Origin: Eubacteriales bacterium | GTDB taxonomy: Bacteria; Bacillota; Clostridia; Oscillospirales; CAG-272 | DNA: 64,000 nucleotides | Assembly: GCA_045657485.1 (NCBI GenBank) | Contig: JAZOTE010000063.1 | Location: 34,006 to 98,005 of the forward strand | Reading direction: 5' to 3' | Shown here: positions 36,960 through 45,600 of the stretch, piece by piece | Numbering within the stretch: position 1 is the stretch's first letter | Layout: each line of letters opens with the position of its first letter | Position numbers and translations under genes: made by a program | Notes under the pieces: model-generated | Database searches by the model: none | Told to the model about the DNA's origin: nothing | What the model saw: only the letters and a program-made list of their open reading frames with translations

Positions 36960-39900
36960 TTATCCCTTAGACTTGTTTTTTTCAGCGAGATTAGCTATGG
37001 TTTTAACCACGCGTGTAGGTGAGAGCCACCAGTCGCGGCACCATACGCGGATTATAGTCCAGCCTCTCGCCTCCAGGAATCTAGGCTTGTATACGTCGCG
37101 CTCCATAGATGATGCGGATGAAGCGAAGGCGTCCTTGTCAAGCTCTACACCGACGAGGTATTTGTCCGTTTCCTCATCGTAGACTGCCAGAGAAATACGG
37201 TTGTTCCTGTTTCCGAGTCCCGTGTGTACCTTGTATCCCTGCTTCTCCAGTCTTTCCTTGATCTGATCTTCGACGTCGGCGACCGTAGTAATCAGACTTT
37301 CAGCCTTCTTCTCAGCCGGGTCGAGATTTGCCAGCACAGCCTTTACGTGATCGGTGTCATTTTCGGATACCGCCCTTACGTATGTCAGATACTCACGCAG
37401 AAGCTTCGGACCTAAGTGCTTTGAGGTGTCAACCTTCAGTTCCTCAGGCTCAATACTCGTCACCACGATGATCTTTGACTTAGCTCTCGTGATAGCAACG
37501 TTCAGACGGTTTTCGCCGCCCTCGGTAGAAAGTGCGCCGAAGTTGGTATACAGCTTGCCGGCTTCGTTTGGAGCGTATCCGATAGAGAATATTATTATAT
37601 CTCTTTCATCGCCCTGTACGTTTTCCAGGTTCTTGATGAATAGGCTCGTGTCCTCTCCGTTATCCATTCTGTATTTTTCCTTGGTGACAATGGAGCGGAA
37701 CTCCGCATCGCGACGCGCCTCTCTATCAATAGCATCCGCGATACAGGATTGCTGATCGCTGTTGAAAGTGATTATACCGATGCTCTCGTTGTTTTTGCGA
37801 GTGATGAAAATATGTCTGAGAAGCTGAACGATTTTTTCGGCTTCTCCCGGATTCGTACGGTCGATCCATTTACCCTTTACCTTGAAGCGCTCGATAGGAC
37901 GGTTGAACTTGTTCGTCGAAATATTTGGAGCTATCTGCAGGTTGGAAGAGTAGAATGCGCTGTTTGAGAAGTCTATCAGCTCTTGATGTCGGCTTCTGTA
38001 GTGGTATGTAAGGTTTGCGCTGTCATATCTCGCAACCGCAAGATCCAGAAGGCTCTCAACCTCCAGCGCCGCCTGGACAGAGTAGTCGTCCTGGGTGTCG
38101 GGATCGGCGCCCATATATCGCTTCATAAACGTTGCGGAGGGGCGCAACTGCTTGGAGTCACCGGCAACCACGATATTCTTTCCGCGGTATATGGTTGGTA
38201 TCGTGCTTTCGATAAATACCTGAGACGCCTCGTCGAAGATAACCACGTCAAACATATTCTTCTTTAGCGGAAGAATAGATGAAACGTTCTCCGGCGAGAG
38301 AAGCCAGCAGGGGAACAGGGCGAGAATGAAGTCGCCGTATACGTCCATCGTCTGTCTGATAGGCCAGAATTTCTGTTCCTTTGATATCTGATAGAGGAAG
38401 TCCTTACCGTTGCTTGCGGCTTCGAACATATTGCGGTATTCACGGCTGTTTTTGTGAGCGCAGAGCTTATAGGCGATAGACAGCTGAGATTCCTTCAGCT
38501 TGTAGATTCTCGACGTGATGTTTACGAAATCCACAGTCTTTGCCAAATCGTCCTTGCATTCTTCCTCATAGCGTATTACCTCGTGATAAATACGCAGAAC
38601 GGGCGTTTTTGTAATAATATCCAGATAGTTCTGATAATTTCTGCTCGACATATATGCGAAATTCAGAACGGAGAGCATATTCTTATCGAGAGAGTAGATG
38701 AGCTTGCTCACATCGCGGAGGGTTATGTAATTATCAAGTGCTTCGTATACCAGCTTGATATAGGAAGTGTTTCCGCGGAGAATATTATCTATTACCGAGA
38801 TATAACCGTCACGGGTCATAACTCTGTTAAGGCAGTCGTATTCCTTAACGAATTCCTCAATGGCGTTTATGGTTTCTACGAATTTCTCGTGCATCTCCTT
38901 CTTGGACTTACCGCCGAAAGCGGAGGGATGTTCCATTTTGAAGGACATATTTACGACCGCGTTAAGTGATTTTTTGCTATCCATTTGAGAATAGTAAGCC
39001 AGCACCTGACGCGTGTACGGATATTTTGATATGTTGAAGAATCCCTTACGCGACTTCTGTATTTCCTCCAGAAGACCCTTTACCTCGCTGAGAGTTCTGA
39101 TATCGAGATCGGGCTTCATCGTGTCTATCAGCGGATTTTTTTCCTTTGCCTGAAGGAAAGCGTAGTACATCTCGTCGAGGTTCTTCGCCTTTATGGTGAA
39201 CAGCGCGTCGGAAAGTGCTTTATAATCCATAGACATAATATCCGGCTGCTCCACCATCTTCAGATATATGCTGTATTCGGAGGAGTTCTTGGATAGCATA
39301 TAGGACGACGAGTACATCTCCGAGAGCGAAAGTCCGAACGGGCGCTTATCGTTAAGCGTGTGATAGATTGTGTCCAGAGTAGCCTCTTCCAATGCTATGC
39401 GCTTTTCGATTTCGTCGTACTCATTCTGCAGAGCGGCTATATCCTCCAGACTGTCTACCTCATCCTTCTGATGAGCGGCAAAGCAACGCTCGTAGAACGT
39501 CTTTTTCTCCTTCGCCTCGTCGGTGACGTACATCGCCTTCTCGTTCAGCACGCCAAGACGCGAATAAACAACGTCCAGCGCAGCCTTCTTCTGCGATACC
39601 ACGAGAACACGCTTATCCTTTGCAATTGCGTCTGTGATAATATTAACTATGGTCTGAGATTTTCCAGTACCGGGAGGACCGTATATGACCATATTACCGC
39701 ATTTGTCGACCTTCTTGACGACCTCGGACTGCGCGTAGTCTAGCATTTTTACGATATAGCTGTGGCTGAGTCCTGTGCGCTTTGCCCTTTTGAGCGCTTT
39801 TGCACGATTTTTGAGCTTAGCCTTCTCAAGCGCCTGGATTTTCTTCGCGCCCCGTTTGCCACCGGTTCTCAGCAGCTCGTTTATTGCGTCGTTGGTAAGA

Positions 39901-40769
39901 TTTTTCTTCTCAAGCAAAGTATAGTCGTTATATATTGAGTTTGAGAGAGGGAAGCGTGCCATGACCGCGGCATACCGGACAGAGAGCTCTCCCTTTGCGT
40001 CCGGCTCCTTAAATCTTCCGTAATTGTATATATGCTTTGAGGTCGTGCACTCGATTTTTATCTTCGCGCGATTGAGATAGTCAACTACCTGCTTTACGTT
40101 TTTAAATGAAGATAAGTTTTCAAATTCAAGCTCCAGATTCTCAATATTAAGCTTCTTTGCCTGGGCGTATGCGAAAATGAACGCGCGATTGAGCTGGATA
40201 TTCTCCGACTCGTTCAGTCTGATTTCAACTGTGCTTTCGTCCGGTATCTCTATTTTTACGGGGAAGAGCAGAAGGGGCGCCTTGATCATGGTTTTGTTGA
40301 TTCCCTGATTTATAGCGCCAAATACGAAGGGATATCCTATGTACAGCTCGTATCTTCCGGTTTCTTTTTCTATTTCTTCGATCTCACGCTTTAATTCTTT
40401 GATCCTTGCGATTTCTGTTTCTACTACCTTTGCGCTGTCCTGAGCGGTGTGTTTCAAGTGCTTTTCGGTAGCGCGAGCAGCCTCGTCTGCCGACATTCCG
40501 CTAACGTCGGGAGCATTCTTCGAGCGTGCGGGAAGTCCTAGATTTTTAACTATTTCTTTACTTTCGTCTTCTGATATGAGAGTGAGGGGATACTTACTGC
40601 GTGACCAGAGAAAATCTATCATCTCCGCCACTTTATCGTCACGTCCCTCGAAGAGCCTGCCTATGTCGTAAGCGCCCTTTCTGACGATGTTCTTGAGATA
40701 AAGGCATCGGTTATTTCCGCCTATTTCTATCAGGCGTTCTTTGTAGTAGGTATAAATACCTTTTCCCAT
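36960..40769 (-). CDS. DUF4011-like / Upf1-DNA2-type SF1B helicase fused to C-terminal Vsr/DUF559-like (REase_MTES_1575-type) nuclease domain
   Basis: 1,269 aa from ATG 40769 (RBS AGGAG). Helicase motifs: IYGPPGTGKSQT, VIFDEASQV, VVAGDSKQLRP, YHYRSRHQELI, VQGDERDIIIFS and LNVAITRAKSKIIVV. C-terminus: ISLAVYDEETDKYLVGVELDKDAF...RDVYKPRFLEARGWTIIRVWCRDWW. Confidence 0.85.
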   Translation of the reverse strand: MGKGIYTYYKERLIEIGGNNRCLYLKNIVRKGAYDIGRLFEGRDDKVAEMIDFLWSRSKYPLTLISEDESKEIVKNLGLPARSKNAPDVSGMSADEAARATEKHLKHTAQDSAKVVETEIARIKELKREIEEIEKETGRYELYIGYPFVFGAINQGINKTMIKAPLLLFPVKIEIPDESTVEIRLNESENIQLNRAFIFAYAQAKKLNIENLELEFENLSSFKNVKQVVDYLNRAKIKIECTTSKHIYNYGRFKEPDAKGELSVRYAAVMARFPLSNSIYNDYTLLEKKNLTNDAINELLRTGGKRGAKKIQALEKAKLKNRAKALKRAKRTGLSHSYIVKMLDYAQSEVVKKVDKCGNMVIYGPPGTGKSQTIVNIITDAIAKDKRVLVVSQKKAALDVVYSRLGVLNEKAMYVTDEAKEKKTFYERCFAAHQKDEVDSLEDIAALQNEYDEIEKRIALEEATLDTIYHTLNDKRPFGLSLSEMYSSSYMLSKNSSEYSIYLKMVEQPDIMSMDYKALSDALFTIKAKNLDEMYYAFLQAKEKNPLIDTMKPDLDIRTLSEVKGLLEEIQKSRKGFFNISKYPYTRQVLAYYSQMDSKKSLNAVVNMSFKMEHPSAFGGKSKKEMHEKFVETINAIEEFVKEYDCLNRVMTRDGYISVIDNILRGNTSYIKLVYEALDNYITLRDVSKLIYSLDKNMLSVLNFAYMSSRNYQNYLDIITKTPVLRIYHEVIRYEEECKDDLAKTVDFVNITSRIYKLKESQLSIAYKLCAHKNSREYRNMFEAASNGKDFLYQISKEQKFWPIRQTMDVYGDFILALFPCWLLSPENVSSILPLKKNMFDVVIFDEASQVFIESTIPTIYRGKNIVVAGDSKQLRPSATFMKRYMGADPDTQDDYSVQAALEVESLLDLAVARYDSANLTYHYRSRHQELIDFSNSAFYSSNLQIAPNISTNKFNRPIERFKVKGKWIDRTNPGEAEKIVQLLRHIFITRKNNESIGIITFNSDQQSCIADAIDREARRDAEFRSIVTKEKYRMDNGEDTSLFIKNLENVQGDERDIIIFSIGYAPNEAGKLYTNFGALSTEGGENRLNVAITRAKSKIIVVTSIEPEELKVDTSKHLGPKLLREYLTYVRAVSENDTDHVKAVLANLDPAEKKAESLITTVADVEDQIKERLEKQGYKVHTGLGNRNNRISLAVYDEETDKYLVGVELDKDAFASSASSMERDVYKPRFLEARGWTIIRVWCRDWWLSPTRVVKTIANLAEKNKSKG

Positions 40770-40921
40770 TTTTTTCTCCTGTTCTATGTGATCCGCCGTG
40801 GGCGGTGTCAAATTTTATATCAAAGCTTTGCGATCGTAGCCGGTCGCCTATATTTGCCTGAAATGTACACTTAAGTATACTTAAATAAAGAAATAAAACA
40901 AAATATTTTATCACAACTTCA

Positions 40922-40950
40922 ATTATAACATACCCGTGTTAAAAAATCAA
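40922..40950 (-). promoter_or_regulatory. sigmaA promoter for the helicase-nuclease gene
   Basis: Minus strand TTGATT-17 nt-TATAAT in a very AT-rich spacer. It implies a ~145-nt leader containing the hairpin CCGCCcacGGCGG just before the RBS. Confidence 0.55.
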
Positions 40951-40991
40951 CATTAAAAACCAATTATTTTCAAAAAAATTGGCGAAACCTA

Positions 40992-41020
40992 TTGTAAAAA
41001 AATCGCCCATATGATACAAT
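40992..41020 (+). promoter_or_regulatory. sigmaA promoter for serine acetyltransferase gene
   Basis: TTGTAA-17 nt-TACAAT, 32 nt upstream of ATG 41052. Confidence 0.6.
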
Positions 41021-41051
41021 AACTTAATCCCTCACCGAGAAAGGAGAAAAA

Positions 41052-41897
41052 ATGCTGTCACATTCGGAAATACTTGATAGATTTCTTTGTAATTTAGACG
41101 CGACACGCGAGTGTGAATACGACTATTTTAACAAGCACTCCGTTACGTTTCCATCGCGTAATGAGATCATTACGATAATCAAAAAAATACAGTGTCTTAT
41201 GTTTCCCGACTACTTCAGATTGCAGTCGGACTTAGGTAAGAAGCGCGAAATTCTTGCTGATGAGCTTTTTATTTCTCTAAAGCGGCAGATAACCTCCGCC
41301 TACGCCTTTTTTGACGAGGATACCACTGTTGATACCGAAACACTTGCGTATTCGGTGATGGACAGCATACCAACGGTTAAGGCAAAGCTTATGAAGGATG
41401 TCATTGCGATTTACGAGGGCGACCCCGCGGCTCGCTCTCCGGAGGAGATTATTTTGTCCTATCCGGGCTTTTACGCGATATCAATATATAGGTTGGCTCA
41501 CGAGTTTTATCTTAGAAATATTCCGTACATCTCCCGTATTATGACCGAATACGCTCACGAGAAGACCGGTATTGATATCCACGCCGGAGCAACTATCGGA
41601 GAGTATTTCTTCATAGACCACGGCACCGGTATAGTTATAGGCGAAACCACGACTATAGGTGACAGAGTGAAAATATACCAGGGTGTAACTCTGGGAGCAA
41701 AGAGCTTCGAGCTCGACAGCGCGGGCAATCCGGTAAAGGGCATCAAACGTCATCCCGACATCGGAAACGGATGTGTGATATATGCCAACGCTACCATTCT
41801 CGGCGGCAATACCAGGATAGGCGACGGCTGCGTTATCGGAGGTAACGTTTGGCTTACTCACTCTGTGCCGGCAGGCGAAAAGGTATATTACAAGTAA
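41052..41897 (+). CDS. serine O-acetyltransferase (EpsC/CysE-like, long N-terminal helical domain)
   Basis: 281 aa with DPAARSPEEIILSYPGF, GIDIHAGATIGEYFFIDHGTGIVIGETTTIGDRVKIYQGVTLG and hexapeptide repeats. Confidence 0.85.
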   Translation: MLSHSEILDRFLCNLDATRECEYDYFNKHSVTFPSRNEIITIIKKIQCLMFPDYFRLQSDLGKKREILADELFISLKRQITSAYAFFDEDTTVDTETLAYSVMDSIPTVKAKLMKDVIAIYEGDPAARSPEEIILSYPGFYAISIYRLAHEFYLRNIPYISRIMTEYAHEKTGIDIHAGATIGEYFFIDHGTGIVIGETTTIGDRVKIYQGVTLGAKSFELDSAGNPVKGIKRHPDIGNGCVIYANATILGGNTRIGDGCVIGGNVWLTHSVPAGEKVYYK

Positions 41898-42010
41898 TTT
41901 TGAGAGCGGTCGTTTTCATAGCGATGTTTTTTTACCCTCTCTTCCGTATTCGAACAGAGCCGTACCGTACCAACGCTATCGAAAATACGGATAATTCATT
42001 TTATACAGGC

Positions 42011-42046
42011 AGAGGCTGGCGCAAAAGTACGCCAGCCTCTTTTTAT
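42011..42046 (+). terminator. rho-independent terminator after serine acetyltransferase gene
   Basis: AGAGGCTGGCG-caaaagta-CGCCAGCCTCT followed by TTTTAT. Confidence 0.85.
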
Positions 42047-42060
42047 ACCTATCGAAGAGC

Positions 42061-43068
42061 CTAAATAACCGACTCGTCCTTGATACCCCTCGTCATTAGC
42101 TCGCGTATCACGGGGTAGGGCGATCTGCCGTTTTTAATAACGTCATATACGGCGTGCGTTATAGGCATTTCCACACCGTATTTTTCGGATAGCGATATTG
42201 CCGCCTCAAGCGCGTGGTATCCCTCCACCACCATTCCGATTTCCTTTTGCGCCTCTTCGTAGCTCAGTCCCTTACCGATAAGCTCGCCGCAACGGTTATT
42301 ACGGCTGTGCCTTGACGTGCAGGTAACGATAAGATCTCCTATTCCCGACAGACCGTAAAACGTAGCTTTGTCACATCCCATAGCCACTCCGAGTCTTGTT
42401 ATTTCCGTCATTCCTCTTGTCATCAGCATTGCTTTCGCGTTATCGCCGAACTCTATGCCGCGACATATTCCGGCGGCGATAGCGATTATGTTTTTCAGCG
42501 CTCCGCATAGCTCAACTCCGCGAACGTCGGTGTTCGTATACGCTCTTAGACAGGAGTTTGAGAAGAAGGAAGCCACTGTCAGCGCTGTTTGCTCATCCTC
42601 CGAAGCCGCGACTATAGACGTTGGAAGCCCCATCGCAACCTCCTCTGCGTGTGTGGGACCTGAGAGGGCAACCGCACGCGGCAAGTCGCCTCCTGCGCGC
42701 TTTATCTCGTCGGATATTATCTCCGTCATAGTCATCAGCGTTTCTTTTTCTATACCCTTAGCGGCACTTGCGACTATTTGATCTTGCCGTATGTATTTGG
42801 CTGCTTTTGCGGCAGTTGCGCGAATAAATTCGGACGGAGTGACGAAAATTACCAGCGATGCGTCGCAGAGTGAGCTTTCTATGTCTGAGGTGTATTCTAT
42901 TCCTATAGGCAATAACACCTCCGGAAGATTTTTGTGTCTTCCCGTGTTTTTCAAATATTCCGTTTCTTCGGGCAGGGCAGACCACAGTGATACGGAATGT
43001 CCGTTCTTCGCGAGCAACGCCGCGAGAGCCGTACCCCAGGTGCCTGCTCCAAGTATGCAGATTTTCAT
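42061..43068 (-). CDS. gpsA: NAD(P)H-dependent glycerol-3-phosphate dehydrogenase
   Basis: Start at ATG 43068 (GGAG upstream). Contains ILGAGTWGTALA, GPTHAEEV and ALKNIIAIAAG. Confidence 0.93.
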   Translation of the reverse strand: MKICILGAGTWGTALAALLAKNGHSVSLWSALPEETEYLKNTGRHKNLPEVLLPIGIEYTSDIESSLCDASLVIFVTPSEFIRATAAKAAKYIRQDQIVASAAKGIEKETLMTMTEIISDEIKRAGGDLPRAVALSGPTHAEEVAMGLPTSIVAASEDEQTALTVASFFSNSCLRAYTNTDVRGVELCGALKNIIAIAAGICRGIEFGDNAKAMLMTRGMTEITRLGVAMGCDKATFYGLSGIGDLIVTCTSRHSRNNRCGELIGKGLSYEEAQKEIGMVVEGYHALEAAISLSEKYGVEMPITHAVYDVIKNGRSPYPVIRELMTRGIKDESVI

Positions 43069-43200
43069 ATCAATTCTCCTTTGCACTCAATATTTTATCA
43101 CATTTTGAAAGAGTTTGCAAGTATGAGTTAACAGAAGGAGAACATTTCGAGTTAGTATAGCAAAATATTCAGTGCTTTGCGGGGCAGCTGAAGAAAGCTG

Positions 43201-43232
43201 TAAAAAGGCACGCCTTAAAGCAAAGCGCGCCT
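43201..43232 (-). terminator. rho-independent terminator after the 97-aa gene
   Basis: Minus strand AGGCGCGCC-10 nt-GGCGTGCCT (one mismatch) followed by TTTTTAC. Confidence 0.65.
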
Positions 43233-43255
43233 CACGTTTCCCTGAAATAACCGGC

Positions 43256-43549
43256 TTACATTTCGTCCTCGATTATGTACGCCAGATCGATAGGCGTAGC
43301 CAGACCATTTACCACTTTGTCGAAAAAGATAATTGCCCGTCCGGGATCGGCAAACGCCTCCTTAACAGCGCCTTTTCTGACCTGTCCAAGCCTGTCCGTC
43401 ATTTCTACGCCGATGGAGTAGAGAGGAATCCTGAAGCTTGATACGTTCTGACCCTCACTGACGGTCAGCTCGTAGGTGTATTTGTAGGACTCGTCCTCTC
43501 TGACCTCCCGTCTTATAACCGTATTTACCGTCTTTTCCTTATGCGCCAT
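43256..43549 (-). CDS. hypothetical 97-aa protein
   Basis: Good RBS (GGAGGG 6 nt upstream) and its own terminator. No motif I recognise. Confidence 0.6.
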   Translation of the reverse strand: MAHKEKTVNTVIRREVREDESYKYTYELTVSEGQNVSSFRIPLYSIGVEMTDRLGQVRKGAVKEAFADPGRAIIFFDKVVNGLATPIDLAYIIEDEM

Positions 43550-43726
43550 AGCCGCCCTCCGTTTTTATTTTAATTCTACCACTTTTTTCAAAGGTCGGTC
43601 GCTCGAAAACCGCCGGCGACTTTTGTCGCATAATCAAGGCTATAGTGCATTGTTGTAAAAGTTGCCCTTTTAGGACGGATTTTAGCTGATAATAAAAGAA
43701 TAGTACTTTTTCAGAAAAAATATTTT

Positions 43727-43773
43727 CATAAAATCAAAATTAGTCCTGCAAGAAAGTGCATTTCCTACAGGAC
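43727..43773 (-). terminator. probable terminator after acyl-ACP thioesterase gene
   Basis: Minus strand GTCCTG-19 nt-CAGGAC followed by TAATTTTGATTTTAT. Confidence 0.45.
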
Positions 43774-43847
43774 GAAAACTTTAAAAATGACGGAAATTAT
43801 CTCTTTTTGTGGATATATGACAGCTCGAAGTCAATTATTGCAATTAT

Positions 43848-44558
43848 TTAGAGATCTCCAAGCTCGATTTCAGCCTCGGAGTTGACCTTGCCGTCACCTC
43901 TTATCGTTCTGAAATAATACACGCCGTCCTTCTCGGCTCGCAGAACTCTCAGCTTATCTCCCAACCCGGCCTCGTTCATATAATTTACGGTTATAGTTTT
44001 TATCATCTTATCCTTAAGCGGCAGAAAATTCGAGTACATATCCGGATATCTTGTATTGTTCATATGGATATTTTGATCCACGTCGCCGTAATGTACGCCG
44101 TATCCCCCGACGTCCGTCAAAATATCCGGAAGTCTGAAGCGGTTAAGAGTGAGATCGATAGGCGGCAGAGTAGTAAGTCCAAGTTCGAAATCGTTTACCC
44201 GTACGAGCTCTCTCGTGTCAGTGTCTATCAGCGCCCACATAGACGCCGCCTTTGCCACAACCTCTCCGTCACGCTCCAGAGCGTAGCACCTGAGGAAGCT
44301 GTATCCGCGGCTCTCGCAGGGAAACGTAATTGCCGTGAGGGGCGTATCCGCGCGCAGAGGAACGGATATTTCCATACGGATTCTTGATAAAATGAATGCC
44401 CTTTTTCTTGAGAACAACTCACCGTATGACATTCCGTTTTCCGTCAGCTGCGACTGGGCGGCGCTCTGCATATATTTCAGCAGGGAGGAGGCTCTCGCTA
44501 TTCCGTTATAGTCAACGTCGTGGACGTCCACGGCGGTTTTTATTCTGTATCCGTTCAT
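43848..44558 (-). CDS. acyl-[acyl-carrier-protein] thioesterase
   Basis: 236 aa with a double hot-dog pattern: VDVHDVDYNGIARASSLLKYMQ...RIRME and VHYGDVDQNIHMNNTRY. Confidence 0.8.
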   Translation of the reverse strand: MNGYRIKTAVDVHDVDYNGIARASSLLKYMQSAAQSQLTENGMSYGELFSRKRAFILSRIRMEISVPLRADTPLTAITFPCESRGYSFLRCYALERDGEVVAKAASMWALIDTDTRELVRVNDFELGLTTLPPIDLTLNRFRLPDILTDVGGYGVHYGDVDQNIHMNNTRYPDMYSNFLPLKDKMIKTITVNYMNEAGLGDKLRVLRAEKDGVYYFRTIRGDGKVNSEAEIELGDL

Positions 44559-44667
44559 ATATCTCCAATCTGCCCTTACGGGCGGTGTATTCTACGATAA
44601 TATCATACATTTTTTTCTCCGTTTTGTCAAATCATTAACTGCTTATTATTTTTTTGCTCTGTTTTTG

Positions 44668-44697
44668 TTGACATTACGCATAGTTTTATGCTAAAAT
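44668..44697 (+). promoter_or_regulatory. sigmaA promoter for trx/FTR-like pair
   Basis: TTGACA-18 nt-TAAAAT. Confidence 0.65.
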
Positions 44698-44732
44698 GCA
44701 ATTACTAAACATATAATGAAAGGAAAATTGAA

Positions 44733-45044
44733 ATGATAAAGTTAACCGGATCGAATTTTAAATCCGAGGTAGAGGCATGCTCCACACTCGTGGTTATTGA
44801 TATTTACGCTGATTGGTGCGGACCATGTAAAATGCTCGCTCCCACGATCGAGGAGCTTGAGGTGGAAAATCCCGACGTTAAGTTCGCGAAAATAAACGTT
44901 GACGAGGAACGCGAGCTCGCTATGCAGTTTAAGGTACAGAGCATACCTATGATCGCGTTCGTTAAGGACAACACTCTTCTCGACGTATCGGTCGGCTACG
45001 TTCCAAAGGAAAAGCTCAGCCGTATGATAGGTGAGTACAAATGA
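44733..45044 (+). CDS. trxA: thioredoxin
   Basis: 103 aa with the WCGPC active site (DIYADWCGPCKMLAP). Confidence 0.95.
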   Translation: MIKLTGSNFKSEVEACSTLVVIDIYADWCGPCKMLAPTIEELEVENPDVKFAKINVDEERELAMQFKVQSIPMIAFVKDNTLLDVSVGYVPKEKLSRMIGEYK

Positions 45045-45238
45045 AGGTAAGATTCAACGAAAATAAGGAGATCGTAGAGTCGATAAAAGAGGGACTTCGC
45101 CGTACGGGCGGATACTGTCCTTGCCGTCTTGAGCGAACCGAGGATAACAAATGTATGTGTCGGGAGTTTAAGGATCAGATAGCCGATGAGAGCTTTGAGG
45201 GCTATTGCCACTGTATGCTCTATTATAAGGAGAAGTAA
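45041..45238 (+). CDS. ferredoxin:thioredoxin-reductase catalytic-subunit-like mini-protein
   Basis: 65 aa with three CxC pairs (CPC-x9-CMC-x15-CHC), reminiscent of the FTR catalytic chain. Its ATG overlaps the trx stop (ATGA). Confidence 0.65.
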   Translation: MKVRFNENKEIVESIKEGLRRTGGYCPCRLERTEDNKCMCREFKDQIADESFEGYCHCMLYYKEK

Positions 45239-45329
45239 TTTCCGTGCTCCCGGCGTATATCCAGGTATTTTATATGCTGACAATGGCGCGCAGAGCTGCC
45301 GCGCTTATACAACCCTACATTTATAAAGA

Positions 45330-45378
45330 AACGATGTCTGTGATTCCCTAGAGGACGGTAAGACATCGTTTTTTGTTT
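45330..45378 (+). terminator. rho-independent terminator after trx/FTR-like pair
   Basis: AACGATGTCT-21 nt-AGACATCGTT followed by TTTTTTG. Confidence 0.7.
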
Positions 45379-45403
45379 TGAAGAAATTTTTGTTTTGAAG
45401 AAA
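45370..45403 (+). repeat. perfect 17-bp tandem duplication (TTTTTGTTTTGAAGAAA x2)
   Basis: 45370-45386 and 45387-45403 are identical. The first copy overlaps the terminator U-tract. Confidence 0.9.
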
Positions 45404-45537
45404 TATATTGTACAACTATCTTCCGTTTCTATTGCGATTGCCCGCGTTTTTTGTAAAATTATCTTGCTTTTAGGGAAGTAATAACGAACCGTACGCAATA
45501 ATGGCGTTACTTGCAGAAATCTTAACGCGTATCAGTA

Positions 45538-45566
45538 TTGAACTGAATTGCGGTAAATGGTATAAT
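45538..45566 (+). promoter_or_regulatory. sigmaA promoter (extended -10) for the giant surface-protein gene
   Basis: TTGAAC-17 nt-TATAAT with TGg immediately upstream of the -10. Confidence 0.65.
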
Positions 45567-45600
45567 TTACCAAGAAAAAGAATATACAAGCGAGGTTTTT

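Noticed and set aside
40711-40914. A 67-aa ORF overlapping the helicase start region, downstream of the 40922-40950 promoter.
   Set aside because: It has no RBS, a hydrophobic and low-complexity start, and overlaps the helicase N-terminus out of frame. I treat the region as the helicase 5' leader instead.
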